Of a DNA stretch of 64,000 nucleotides, positions 53,944 to 64,000 are shown piece by piece. Below the pieces are notes generated by a model. That model worked only from the letters and a program-made list of their open reading frames with translations, made no database searches and was not told the origin of the DNA. The stretch spans positions 64,001-128,000 of the IMG/VR virus record IMGVR_UViG_3300033183_000354; one strand, 5' to 3'. Each line of letters starts with the position of its first letter. Within the stretch, counting starts at the first letter, position 1. Source of the DNA: a virus. The position numbers were made by a program, and so were the translations under genes.

Positions 53944-56900
53944 ATGGCAACCGTACTAACTAAATCTACTTTTTCTAATACATATAAAGATGATTTTGCT
54001 GATAGTGACAATTATTACAGAATCCTTTTTAATAGTGGTAAAGCACTGCAAGCGAGAGAGCTTACGCAGATGCAAACTATTATTCAAAAACAAATTGAAA
54101 GATTTGGGAGTAATATTTTTAAAGAAGGTGGAGTCGTAAAACCTGGCGGCACAAACCTTAATCAAAAGTATGAATACATCAAATTAAATACTACGTCTAA
54201 TACACTACCTACTGATACTTCAACTCTTATTGGTACACTCTTTACGGGTCAAACTTCTGGTGTTATCGCAAAAGTAATTCAAGTTGTATCTGCTACAGGT
54301 TCTGATCCAGCTACACTTTACGTACAATATACTAATACCGCATCCTCAACGGCTGATACCTCTTCACCTATTCGAATGGAAGCAGGCGAAGATATTAATA
54401 ATGGTTCAATTACTCTTACTGTACAAACGACAAATACAACAGCAAATAGAGCAGTCGGTACTGGTACTATTGTTTCAATTGGTTCAGGCATTTATTATAC
54501 AAAAGGTTTTTTTGTATATACTGAAAATCAATCGAAAATTGTTTCTAAATATTCTGATGCCCCTAACGTTGATGTTGGATTTAAGATCGTAGAAGATGTC
54601 GTCACTATTGCTGATAATACCGCATTATACGATAATCAAGGATCGACTCCTAATTTATCTTCCCCAGGCGCTGATAGATATCGTATTCGTCTTCTTATCT
54701 CTACTCGTGATGAAATTGATTCTGATCAAAATTTTATTCATATCGCTACTGTTAAAAATGGCGTAATCTTTGCAACAGCAAAAGAAACTGATGCATATGA
54801 TATTCCTAATGATATGATTGCTCAGAGGATCTTTGAAAACTCTGGTAACTATATTGTTAATCCATTTACCGTTAAATTCAATGAAGATTCAGATAATACA
54901 AAACTACAGCTTGAAGTAAGTGATGGTGTAGCTGTTGTTGACGGCTATAGAGCTGAAAGATATTTCCCAACGGTTATTCGACTTGATAAGCCAACTACTA
55001 CTATTACCAAAAATAACGAAGTTGTAGCAGCTGACTTTGGTAACTATGTTATTGTAAATCCAGCAAATGCTTCTGGTTTACCAAACTTAAATACGTGGGA
55101 ACAGCTTAATCTACGTAGCGCTACTAATTACGGTGGATCTACGATTGGTACTGCAAGAGTAAAAGCTGTAACCGAAGATGGTGCAAACTATCGTTACCAT
55201 CTTTTTGATATTCAAATGAATTCTGGTCAAGCTTTTAGAAATGTTAAAAGTGTTGGTACAAGTATAACGAGTTATTTTAATCCAACTCTTGAAAATAGCA
55301 AAGCTGTACTAAAGGATCCTCTTAAGAATTCATCTCTCTTTGCGCTTCCTATTTCTCGACCTTCTTCAATTAGTGATATTTCTTTGGTAGTACAAAGAAG
55401 ATTTGCTACTACTACGAATGCAAGTGGTGAAGCATCACTGACTCTTACTGCTACTGGTGAAACTTTCTCTAATGTTGGTGACTGGATTTATGCTAATGCT
55501 GATAGCGACTTATATACTGGTTCAGTAAGTGTAAGTGGCGCAGGTACAGCAGCTGCTAGCATTAGCGGTCTTCCTGTAAGTTCTTCTAATCTCGAGATCT
55601 TAGCTTATGTTAATAAAGCTGCTGCCACTCCAAGATCTAAAACATTAACAACTCGTACAATAAACGCTACTGTTGATTCTGATGGCAATGGATTTAAGTA
55701 TATTAATCTTGGTAAAGCCGATATCTATGATGTATCAGAAATTGTGAATGCTGCCGATAGTTCAATAAGCTATGCTAATCGATTTGTTCTTGATAATGGA
55801 CAAAGAGATAATTATTATGGACTAGGTAAACTAGTATTAAAAGGTGGAAACGCGGCGCCAAGTGGCAATGTTTATGCAAGCTTTAGACATTTTGCACATG
55901 GTACTTCAGGCGATTTCTTTGCTGTTAACTCTTATACTGGTCAAGTTACATATAAAAACATTCCGTCTTATAGATTAAATGATGGAACTACGATTAATTT
56001 AAGAGATTACTTAGACTTTAGATCAGTACAAGATGCAAATGGCGCATATTCAAGTACTGCGACTGGGGCTCGAGTCAATCAACTTCCACAGCCTACTGAT
56101 ACTATTCAGTTCGATGCGGCTTATTATCTTCCAGTTGCTGGTAAGTTGACAATTGACACAGAAGGCATGCTAGATTTTGTCAAAGGCTCTCCTGAATTAA
56201 TTCCACGTCCACCTGAAAAGGCTGATCAATCTCTTGGTCTTTATAATATTTGGATGGGCGGCAATACTCTTGATGATTCTGATGTTCTTTTACAGCGCAT
56301 TGAACATAAACGCTTTACAATGGCTGACATTGGTCAACTTGAGACACGAATCGATAAGCTTGAAGAATTAGCTTCTCTTAGCATGCTTGAAATGGATACG
56401 AAGAATTTCCAAGTTCTTGACTCTGCTGGTCTTGATAGAACAAAATCAGGTTTCTTTGTAGATAACTTCTCTACACATATTTTATCTGACGTTGAAAATC
56501 CAGACTATTCGGCTGCACTTGATCCTTCTCGTCAAGAGTTAAGACCTGCATTTAGTGAAGATAATATTAAATTAATATATGATTCGGCTTCTTCGACCAA
56601 TACTATTAAGAAGGGTGATAATGTTTATATCAAGTATGACGAAGCAACTTATATTAATCAAAGTCTTGCAAGTCAGGCCATTCAAATTAACCCATTCTCT
56701 GTAGTTGTTCATGAAGGTATCATAACGCTTTCTCCAGCATCAGATGAATGGAGAGATACCAAGCGTAAAGCTGCTAAAACTATTGATGGTGGTACTAAAC
56801 TTAATACACAGCAAGCTTATATGTGGAATAACTGGGAATGGAACTGGGGAGGTCGACCTCTTGATCAGTTGAGTGTTGGTGCGACTACTAACGTTAAGAA

Positions 56901-58068
56901 GACTTCTACTTCTACACAAAATATTACTAATGTGAATAAAGTGGTAAGTGAAGAAACAGTAAGAGAATTAGTCGCAGACCGAGTCATCGATGTTGCGGTT
57001 ATTCCTTTCATGAGATCACGTAAGATCTACTTTAAAGCACAAGGCTTAAGACCGAATTCGAAAGTATTTGCTTTCTTCGATAATGTATCGGTAGCAGATT
57101 GGGTAAGATCAGAATCGTTTGCTTATTATTCAGATGATACTACAGATTATGGTAACCTATATGCTAATGCTACTGCACATCCTGATGGAGCGACTACACT
57201 TCAAACTGATGCAAATGGTGAAGTTTCTGGCACATTCTTTATTCCAAATTCTTCTACTCGTCGTTTTAGAACAGGTAGAAAAGAATTTAAGATCCTTGAC
57301 ATTAGTGTCAATAAAGATAATCAAGCTCTTGCTGTAGCACGAGCATCATATACAAGTAAAGGGTATTTAGATACGTATCAGAAGGAATTCTTATCTACAC
57401 GTATTCTTAATGTCGAAGGGATTAAAACTGTTACCAATAAAGCTCAAAAGTACAATTATGGCGGTGGCGGTGAAGGCGGCGGCGGAGGTTTCCAAGGTGG
57501 TATAGGAACTACTATTGGAAATCATACCTCGGTTCCTGGAAAGAATAATACATTTAGTAATGATCCATATGGCATTGGCCATTCAGGTGAATTTGGCGGA
57601 GGTACCGGTACCGGCTGTTTCTTAGCCGGTACAATGATTACTATGGAAGATGGTACTCAAAAGGCAGTTGAAACAATTGAACTTGGAGAAAATGTTGCAA
57701 TTGGCGGGTTTGTATTTGCTAAAGGTTCATTCCTCGTTGACGATCTATATGACTATAAAGGCATTAAAGTATCTGGCTCTCATATGGTACATGAAGATGG
57801 AGTATGGGTCAGAGTCGAAGATTCGAAGTATGGTGTTCCAGAGCATGAAGAAACTGTGGTGGTATATAACTTCGGTACTGAAAATAGAAGATTACTTATC
57901 GAAGGTATTACATTTACAGATTACTTCGAAGCTGATGGTAAAGCATTTCTTGAAGCAATGGGTGATGCATACTTTGATAAGTGGAGAGAAATCTCAGAAG
58001 ATTATCATAATGAAATTGGAGTAAAAATTGTTAATGATGAAAGCCAGAAAATGGAACTTAGACAATGA
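53944..58068 (+). CDS. Large VrlC-like (DUF4815-like) virion protein, N-part, with C-terminal Hint domain
   Basis: LQARELTQMQ, PGADR, SGNY, GFFVDNF, FMRSR; Gly-rich linker, then G|CFLAGTMITM. Confidence 0.8.
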   Translation: MATVLTKSTFSNTYKDDFADSDNYYRILFNSGKALQARELTQMQTIIQKQIERFGSNIFKEGGVVKPGGTNLNQKYEYIKLNTTSNTLPTDTSTLIGTLFTGQTSGVIAKVIQVVSATGSDPATLYVQYTNTASSTADTSSPIRMEAGEDINNGSITLTVQTTNTTANRAVGTGTIVSIGSGIYYTKGFFVYTENQSKIVSKYSDAPNVDVGFKIVEDVVTIADNTALYDNQGSTPNLSSPGADRYRIRLLISTRDEIDSDQNFIHIATVKNGVIFATAKETDAYDIPNDMIAQRIFENSGNYIVNPFTVKFNEDSDNTKLQLEVSDGVAVVDGYRAERYFPTVIRLDKPTTTITKNNEVVAADFGNYVIVNPANASGLPNLNTWEQLNLRSATNYGGSTIGTARVKAVTEDGANYRYHLFDIQMNSGQAFRNVKSVGTSITSYFNPTLENSKAVLKDPLKNSSLFALPISRPSSISDISLVVQRRFATTTNASGEASLTLTATGETFSNVGDWIYANADSDLYTGSVSVSGAGTAAASISGLPVSSSNLEILAYVNKAAATPRSKTLTTRTINATVDSDGNGFKYINLGKADIYDVSEIVNAADSSISYANRFVLDNGQRDNYYGLGKLVLKGGNAAPSGNVYASFRHFAHGTSGDFFAVNSYTGQVTYKNIPSYRLNDGTTINLRDYLDFRSVQDANGAYSSTATGARVNQLPQPTDTIQFDAAYYLPVAGKLTIDTEGMLDFVKGSPELIPRPPEKADQSLGLYNIWMGGNTLDDSDVLLQRIEHKRFTMADIGQLETRIDKLEELASLSMLEMDTKNFQVLDSAGLDRTKSGFFVDNFSTHILSDVENPDYSAALDPSRQELRPAFSEDNIKLIYDSASSTNTIKKGDNVYIKYDEATYINQSLASQAIQINPFSVVVHEGIITLSPASDEWRDTKRKAAKTIDGGTKLNTQQAYMWNNWEWNWGGRPLDQLSVGATTNVKKTSTSTQNITNVNKVVSEETVRELVADRVIDVAVIPFMRSRKIYFKAQGLRPNSKVFAFFDNVSVADWVRSESFAYYSDDTTDYGNLYANATAHPDGATTLQTDANGEVSGTFFIPNSSTRRFRTGRKEFKILDISVNKDNQALAVARASYTSKGYLDTYQKEFLSTRILNVEGIKTVTNKAQKYNYGGGGEGGGGGFQGGIGTTIGNHTSVPGKNNTFSNDPYGIGHSGEFGGGTGTGCFLAGTMITMEDGTQKAVETIELGENVAIGGFVFAKGSFLVDDLYDYKGIKVSGSHMVHEDGVWVRVEDSKYGVPEHEETVVVYNFGTENRRLLIEGITFTDYFEADGKAFLEAMGDAYFDKWREISEDYHNEIGVKIVNDESQKMELRQ

Positions 58069-58498
58069 TTATGAGACACTAAAAAAGTGGTGGGAAGATT
58101 GGGAATTTGGTGTAGTTCCACTTGAGGTTTTACCTCCACTTGGTATCATGATTGAGAATAATGAAGGTCCAATTTGTGCGGCCGGATTATATGTAGGCAC
58201 TGGTACAAAGTTTTGTATTATGGAATGGCTTATTAAAGATAAGCATAGTTCATTGAAAGAATCACATAGAGCGATTCAACTTTGTATTAATGAAGTAATA
58301 AAATTAGCTAAAGATAACGATTGTACGCTAATGTATACGGTAACAGGTGATGATTCATTGATGAAGAGATATACACGCTTACACGGAATGAAACTAACAG
58401 AGAATAATGTGAGAACGTTTATTAAAGATTTAAATAATTCTTATACTGATTTTGAGTTTGTACAAGATGATGAACAGTGGGAAAAGGATCAAGAGTAG
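58034..58498 (+). CDS. GNAT-fold-like protein
   Basis: KARKW...DYETLKKWW, ICAAGLY, IMEW; resembles phage acetyltransferase-like proteins. Confidence 0.55.
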   Translation: MMKARKWNLDNDYETLKKWWEDWEFGVVPLEVLPPLGIMIENNEGPICAAGLYVGTGTKFCIMEWLIKDKHSSLKESHRAIQLCINEVIKLAKDNDCTLMYTVTGDDSLMKRYTRLHGMKLTENNVRTFIKDLNNSYTDFEFVQDDEQWEKDQE

Positions 58499-58506
58499 AG
58501 GTATAA

Positions 58507-60075
58507 ATGGCAACTTCACTTGGATATAAATTAAACAAAAATCCAATCGCTCAATCATTTTTTGTTGATACGACGAGTGGGATTTTTGCTACGAAGATTG
58601 ATGTCTTCTTTGCTCAAAGGGATACGTCTTTCCCTGTTACTCTGCAATTAAGGCCGATGGTGAATGGATATCCTTCGTCGCAAACGATTATCCCTGGATC
58701 AACAGTAGTAATTCCTGGCAGTTCTATTAACGTATCAGCCGATGCGTCATCTGCTACTAGTTTTACATTCCCTGAACCAATCTATTTGAAAGGTTTAACA
58801 GATTATGCTATTGTAATTACAGTAAATTCTCCAGATTACAAGATTTATATTGCAGAAACTAATCAATTCCTTCTTGGCTCGACAGAAAAAAGAGTGGATC
58901 GTCAACCGACTCTTGGAAGTCTTTTCTATTCTCAAAACTCAGTTACATTTACGGCCGCTCAAAATCAAGATTTGACATTTAAATTATATCAAGCTAAATT
59001 TAAACATAATTCAGCAGCTGCAGTCTTTCATAATACTGATGTACCTCAGTCACTTTTGGCAAATAACCCAATTCAAACTACTGCAGGCAGTTCTACAGTA
59101 AAAGTATCACATTATAATCATGGCCTATACGTTGGTAATACAGTTACAATTGCAGGCGTTGATTCTGATGGCGTAGGTGGTCTTACTTATTCACAGCTAA
59201 CTGGTAATAAAACAGTAACTGCAATTGATTATAGTGGATTTGAATTCAGTGCAGGAGCAACTGCAGATTCAGATGTTACTGGTGGTGGAATAAACGTAAA
59301 AACGACAAAAAATATTCCATATTCAATTATGTATCCTCATATGCAAACTTTACAGCCATTCTCAACAGCTATAGAAGCGGTTGCTCGAGGTACGACTGGT
59401 AAATCATTTGCTGGTACTGAGACGGCTTTCCAAAAGAGTACTGATTATAGCGTTATTAAATTAAATCAAAATAACGAAGCAAATGAAATGTACACGATTG
59501 CTAATACTGCAACAGAAACTGCAGAATTAGGCGCAGGAGTCAGATCATTTGATATGGCTGTTAATATGTTTAGTATTGACTCAAACGTATCTCCTATTCT
59601 CGATTTGCAGAGAAGTTCTCTTAGCGGTATTTCATATGTAATTGATAAACAAGATTCTGCTGCTACTGCAGGATTTAATGTGCCTCTTAACTTCGTAAAT
59701 GAAACTTCTGCGAATGGTGGCAGTTCTCCTTCGAAACATATTACAAAGACTATTACGCTAGTCGAAGATGCAGTTGGCATTAAAGTGTTATTTGCTGCTA
59801 ATAGACCTTCGACTTCTGATATCCAACTTTATTATAGAGTTTCAAGTGGCGATGAACTAATTACTGAAAAGACATGGGCATTAGCGACCGAAGAAACAAG
59901 CAATCCAGCAGATGAAAATAGAACAATCTTTAGAGAATATCAATACTTGATCGGTGGTCAAGGTGGTAATCTTCCAGCATTTACTCAAATGCAATTGAAG
60001 TTTGTATTTAGATCTACCAATAATGCACGTGTTCCTGTAATGAAAGATTTGAGAGTAATCGCGCTGAGCGTATAA
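58507..60075 (+). CDS. VrlC-like virion protein, C-part
   Basis: PIAQSFFV, LRPMVNGYP, GSLFYSQN, DLTFKL, DLRVIAL. Confidence 0.8.
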   Translation: MATSLGYKLNKNPIAQSFFVDTTSGIFATKIDVFFAQRDTSFPVTLQLRPMVNGYPSSQTIIPGSTVVIPGSSINVSADASSATSFTFPEPIYLKGLTDYAIVITVNSPDYKIYIAETNQFLLGSTEKRVDRQPTLGSLFYSQNSVTFTAAQNQDLTFKLYQAKFKHNSAAAVFHNTDVPQSLLANNPIQTTAGSSTVKVSHYNHGLYVGNTVTIAGVDSDGVGGLTYSQLTGNKTVTAIDYSGFEFSAGATADSDVTGGGINVKTTKNIPYSIMYPHMQTLQPFSTAIEAVARGTTGKSFAGTETAFQKSTDYSVIKLNQNNEANEMYTIANTATETAELGAGVRSFDMAVNMFSIDSNVSPILDLQRSSLSGISYVIDKQDSAATAGFNVPLNFVNETSANGGSSPSKHITKTITLVEDAVGIKVLFAANRPSTSDIQLYYRVSSGDELITEKTWALATEETSNPADENRTIFREYQYLIGGQGGNLPAFTQMQLKFVFRSTNNARVPVMKDLRVIALSV

Positions 60076-60284
60076 TGTTTAATGAATATAAAAAAGTTGA
60101 AGGTGAACCTGGTTATATTAGGCATGAACAAACAGGTGTGGTGTTGAATATAAATAGTAGTGAAGCGAATAGTGCTAGAGAAAGAAAAAAATTAAGAAGA
60201 CAAAAAGAGCAGGAACTTGAAGAATTAAAGAATGAAGTAAGTGAGATCAAAGAATTGCTTCTTAAATTAGTAGAGAAACAGTAA
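60075..60284 (+). CDS. Small conserved coiled-coil protein
   Basis: KVEG..GY.R..TG.V.N...LKNEVSEIKELL. Confidence 0.7.
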   Translation: MFNEYKKVEGEPGYIRHEQTGVVLNINSSEANSARERKKLRRQKEQELEELKNEVSEIKELLLKLVEKQ

Positions 60285-62110
60285 TGGCAAAACCTATCAT
60301 TAATTACTCTGATACGATTACCGGTTGGATAGATAAGAACAACTTATTGACAAATGATGTCGGGGATCTTGCTAATCTTAATACTACGGTTGATTCTGAT
60401 ATCGTAGGTGCATTAAATGGTATCGATTCTGATATTGGCGCTGTATCTTCTCTGAATACATCAAATAAAACGCTTGTAGGAGCTATTAATGAGAACCACG
60501 GTCAACTTGATCAAGTTGATTCAGATCTTGGTGCTCGGACTTCGCTAACTACCACTGATAAGACAGACGTCGTTTCGGCTATTAATGAATTAGATGCTGA
60601 ACTTGGTACTATTACAGCTGGTGCCATGGGTACTACTGCTTCTACTGTAGGAGGAGCTATTTCTGAACTTGAAGTTGAGATCGATACTCTAAATACAAAA
60701 GTAGAACCTAGTCAAGCTTTGACTACTACCGCTACTACTCTTTCAGATGCTATTAATGAGCATGAGACCGATATCTCTACTATCAACGATACAATTGGCA
60801 GTGGCGGACTTAATACAACTGCTCAAACGCTGATCGGTGCTATTAACGAACATGACGCTGAGATTGGTGCTGCTTCATTAAATACGAGTGCTACTACGCT
60901 TCGTGGAGCTATTAATGAACATGAAGCTGATATTGGTAATATGACATTTACTGGTCTTTCAGCGACTAATATTTCAGCTGCTATTCGTGAAACTGTGACA
61001 GAACTTGGCGCAGTAACTTCATTAACAACTTCTGCTTCAACTGCAGTAACTGCTATTAATGAACTTGATGCTGAACTTGGTACTATTACTTCAGGCGCGA
61101 TGGGAACCACAGCTTCAACCGTTTCTGGCGCTATTGCTGAACTTGAAGCAGAGATTAATACACTTAATACATTTACTGATGTTGGGACATCGCTTAATAC
61201 CACTGCTACATCTTTAGCTGATGCTATTAATGAACATGAGACATTGATCAATAATTTAGACAGTGATATTGGTACAAGAACAAATCTAACGACTTCAACT
61301 ACTTCAAGTTTAGTAGGAGCTATTAATGATCTTCAATCTCAAATTGATGTTCTTGATAGTAGTACAAATAACTCAGTCGGCGATTTGAATGACTTAGATA
61401 CGACTGCTAAGACTAATGTCGTTGCTGCGATTAATGAAGTATATAATAGCATCGGTGCTGATATTGATGAAACGATTCAAGATGCAGTTGGATCAATGTT
61501 CTCAAGTAATACTGAAACTGGTATTGCCGTAACATATGATGATAATAATAATAAAACTAATTTTGTAGTTGATCAATCTTGGGTACGAGGTAGATTATCT
61601 GGTAGTTCAGGCATTTCATATAATTCTAGTACTGGTGCTATTAGCCATAGTGATACTTCTTCTGCCACTTCTGTAAATAATAGTGGTCAAACGTTTATTC
61701 AAGATATTACAGTTGATGCATTTGGTCACATTACAGCTATCGGTAGCGCCACTGCTTCTCACTATCAAGGTTGGGACTTATATACAGACGGCACGAGCCG
61801 CGGCTCAATCTCCAGTGAAGAGAACGTAAACTTTGCTGGTGGAAGCGGTATTAGTATCACATATAGTTCTAGTAATAATACGATGACGTTTGCGGCTACA
61901 TCTGATCCAGTTGTAACAGTTACTCTTACAGGTGATGTTACCGGTTCAGGATCAGCTACTCTCACCAATCTTGGTAACGGAACAGCTTCATTCTCTACAT
62001 CACTTGCAGCAAATACCGTTACTTCATCCGAACTCTCGGGTGCAACATCTCTTATCATTTATAACTCAGCCGGTACGGCAGTAAAGACGCTCTATGGCGC
62101 AGGATCTTAA
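60284..62110 (+). CDS. Fibritin-like segmented coiled-coil fibre protein
   Basis: Many TTAxTLxxAINE(H/L) repeats; late promoter TATAAATA at 60149. Confidence 0.7.
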   Translation: MAKPIINYSDTITGWIDKNNLLTNDVGDLANLNTTVDSDIVGALNGIDSDIGAVSSLNTSNKTLVGAINENHGQLDQVDSDLGARTSLTTTDKTDVVSAINELDAELGTITAGAMGTTASTVGGAISELEVEIDTLNTKVEPSQALTTTATTLSDAINEHETDISTINDTIGSGGLNTTAQTLIGAINEHDAEIGAASLNTSATTLRGAINEHEADIGNMTFTGLSATNISAAIRETVTELGAVTSLTTSASTAVTAINELDAELGTITSGAMGTTASTVSGAIAELEAEINTLNTFTDVGTSLNTTATSLADAINEHETLINNLDSDIGTRTNLTTSTTSSLVGAINDLQSQIDVLDSSTNNSVGDLNDLDTTAKTNVVAAINEVYNSIGADIDETIQDAVGSMFSSNTETGIAVTYDDNNNKTNFVVDQSWVRGRLSGSSGISYNSSTGAISHSDTSSATSVNNSGQTFIQDITVDAFGHITAIGSATASHYQGWDLYTDGTSRGSISSEENVNFAGGSGISITYSSSNNTMTFAATSDPVVTVTLTGDVTGSGSATLTNLGNGTASFSTSLAANTVTSSELSGATSLIIYNSAGTAVKTLYGAGS

Positions 62111-62112
62111 TT

Positions 62113-63042
62113 ATGGCAGTCAGAAGGCCACTTTATTATGATTCAGGCAATCTTCGTGAAATGTCTGATTCGATGCTCACAGCTATTCGACAGCGCTGTG
62201 TATATCTCTATGGTGGATCACCAGCAGTAGATCTTTCTGTAGTAGCAAGCAGTGGTTCTCTTGCATCAATAAGTGATACCAGAAAATCTGCTGGTGCATA
62301 TTCTACTCGAGTTGATGAATATCCAACAGAAGCAGAGACTGCGGAACCTGGTACAGTTACAGTCACTTATGATAAAATTAATTCTTCTACAGATTCTGTA
62401 AGTGCCATCACTGATACTAATAATAAGTTATATCCTATCTATAATAGTAGTGGTAATCTTAGAGCTATGACTGCTACGGATATTTTCGACACATTCATTA
62501 CGCAGGCAATTGATCTATTAGTTGATGGCAATGATAGAGACGGTACTTACCGAATTTATACTGGAACTTCTCTATCAAATCATACTCTTATTTCTGCTAC
62601 TCCGGTTTTCTCTGATACAAGAGCTAACACAGGAGCATATACTGCTGGTGGAATTCCAGAAGTAGAGGATCAGCCTACGACCATTACTAATTACTATCTG
62701 ATGAGAACGAATCAAGGTACAGCATATGGTACTCCATCAATAACAGCACCGCTTTATATCCGTACTGATAATAATTTACAAACATATACGAGTGGATCAT
62801 TTGATACAATTTTACAAAATGAAATGAGATATCATACAGCAAATACTGTAGGATCAAGAATTACATATAGTATTAATGGAACCGGCAATAACCGAGGATC
62901 TGCAATGGTAAATACGATTCTTAATGGTGGCGGAAATTATCAAACACGGTTTGTTAATGATAATGATTATCGTGCACAAGAATTCCCGGACGGTACGGCT
63001 GTTACGGCTAATACATATTATTTAAGGATTACGAGGTCTTAA
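62113..63042 (+). CDS. Virion structural protein
   Basis: Internal repeats PLY...GNLR/QxM; follows the fibre gene. Confidence 0.6.
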   Translation: MAVRRPLYYDSGNLREMSDSMLTAIRQRCVYLYGGSPAVDLSVVASSGSLASISDTRKSAGAYSTRVDEYPTEAETAEPGTVTVTYDKINSSTDSVSAITDTNNKLYPIYNSSGNLRAMTATDIFDTFITQAIDLLVDGNDRDGTYRIYTGTSLSNHTLISATPVFSDTRANTGAYTAGGIPEVEDQPTTITNYYLMRTNQGTAYGTPSITAPLYIRTDNNLQTYTSGSFDTILQNEMRYHTANTVGSRITYSINGTGNNRGSAMVNTILNGGGNYQTRFVNDNDYRAQEFPDGTAVTANTYYLRITRS

Positions 63043-63043
63043 A

Positions 63044-63526
63044 ATGGAAGGACATGAGTTTTTAACTGCGCATTTTTGTAATAACGAGAGAACGACCATC
63101 GAAGTCTATTGGGCAACCGAAGACGAGACTCGTGTTACTTATGTTGAGGCGAAAGATGGAGATCCTCAATACGAAGAAGTATTAAAGCATGTATCTATCG
63201 ATCAACTTCATGAGAACACTTATAAACATATTCGCGAACAAAATCAATTATTTGAAGAACAAGTAATCGCGATCGCTAAAGAACGTGGGATGATTTATGA
63301 TATTGATTCTATTAATACCGATATCTACAAAGCTATTGGATCAGCAATCTTTGCGCCATTTGATCCTGAGAAAGACAAAGAAAAACTTTTTATGTACAAG
63401 TTACAATTATTTGAAGTAGAATCAATTAAAAATTCAAAAGATAAAGAACTAAAAGCACAATTAAGAAAAGCTAAGAATCTATTGGAATCTACCAAAATTG
63501 CTATTCAGATTGTAGAAAATAATTAG
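63044..63526 (+). CDS. Hypothetical protein
   Basis: LF..KL.LFE...IKNS....K..LRKAK motif. Confidence 0.6.
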   Translation: MEGHEFLTAHFCNNERTTIEVYWATEDETRVTYVEAKDGDPQYEEVLKHVSIDQLHENTYKHIREQNQLFEEQVIAIAKERGMIYDIDSINTDIYKAIGSAIFAPFDPEKDKEKLFMYKLQLFEVESIKNSKDKELKAQLRKAKNLLESTKIAIQIVENN

Positions 63527-64000
63527 ACCACCAACCATTTATATTCATTAGTTCATGTGATTGATTAAAGAGGCAAACATTAACGTTTGTCTCTTTTTTA
63601 TTAGTTTGAACTGATGCATACAATTCATCCTCAAACATTTTAGGTCTGTAAACTGCCCATAACCATTGATCGATCCCTCTATCATACTCTTTCATAAATT
63701 CTTTTGAATTAGATTCGAAAAATTTAAATATAGATGATCGATCTCCATACCAGGAAATTATACTTGAGTTAATTGGATTAGTTTTATAAAATCCTCCTTC
63801 AACTCTCCAATGAGCATGACATACAGTTAAGTCTTTGCGAATAAATTTATTACAATCATCTTTGATTAAAACATCTAAATCAAAATATAAATTTTGGCCA
63901 TCTCTAAACTTATCAAACATTTGCAGTTTATCATATACACCTCCAAAGATAACCTCATCGATTACTTCAAATGAAGTATATTCAAGATTAGAATATTTGT
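63501..64000 (-). CDS. GT-A glycosyltransferase-like protein (5' end probably outside window)
   Basis: DKLQMF, LYFDLDV, INSSI, GIDQW; frame continues upstream of the 63920 ATG. Confidence 0.7.
   Translation of the reverse strand, partial: KYSNLEYTSFEVIDEVIFGGVYDKLQMFDKFRDGQNLYFDLDVLIKDDCNKFIRKDLTVCHAHWRVEGGFYKTNPINSSIISWYGDRSSIFKFFESNSKEFMKEYDRGIDQWLWAVYRPKMFEDELYASVQTNKKETNVNVCLFNQSHELMNINGWWSNYFLQSE

Noticed and set aside
57610-58068. Canonical splicing intein
   Set aside because: No terminal His-Asn plus Cys/Ser/Thr and no endonuclease domain; treated as a cleavage-type Hint

Overview
AT-rich 64 kb segment of a large T4-like (Tevenvirinae/Kyanoviridae-type) myovirus. It probably infects an aquatic Gram-negative bacterium (two-component spanin, B12-dependent class II RNR, phoH, sqdB). 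From left to right: (1) late head/internal-protein-like genes and a lysis-type cassette (spanins, lipase, nuclease, holin candidates); (2) nucleotide and DNA metabolism genes (nrdJ, endonuclease II-like, RNase H, DenV-like, PhoH, exonuclease, 5'-nucleotidase); (3) an ~8 kb glycan-biosynthesis cluster containing UDP-sulfoquinovose synthase; (4) early accessory genes behind repeated promoter/stem-loop cassettes, three canonical tRNAs, gp33 and gp32, then an ncRNA-rich spacer with a tRNA-Gly and an anticodon-less tRNA mimic; (5) the tail/baseplate module (tape measure, gp51/26, 54, 2, 4, 48, 53, 27, split gp5, 25, 6, 7, 9-like, 8, split VrlC-like protein with a Hint domain, fibritin-like fibre). 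Most interesting: a candidate phage-encoded virion glycosylation system (late-promoter sulfoquinovose/glycosyltransferase cluster plus strong enrichment of an Asp-Ser-Asp motif in tail proteins); a putative -1 frameshift fusing gp26 to gp51 just upstream of the tape measure gene; a Hint+GNAT module inside a split tail gene; and several unexplained structured RNAs. All calls come from motif recognition by eye; no searches were run.
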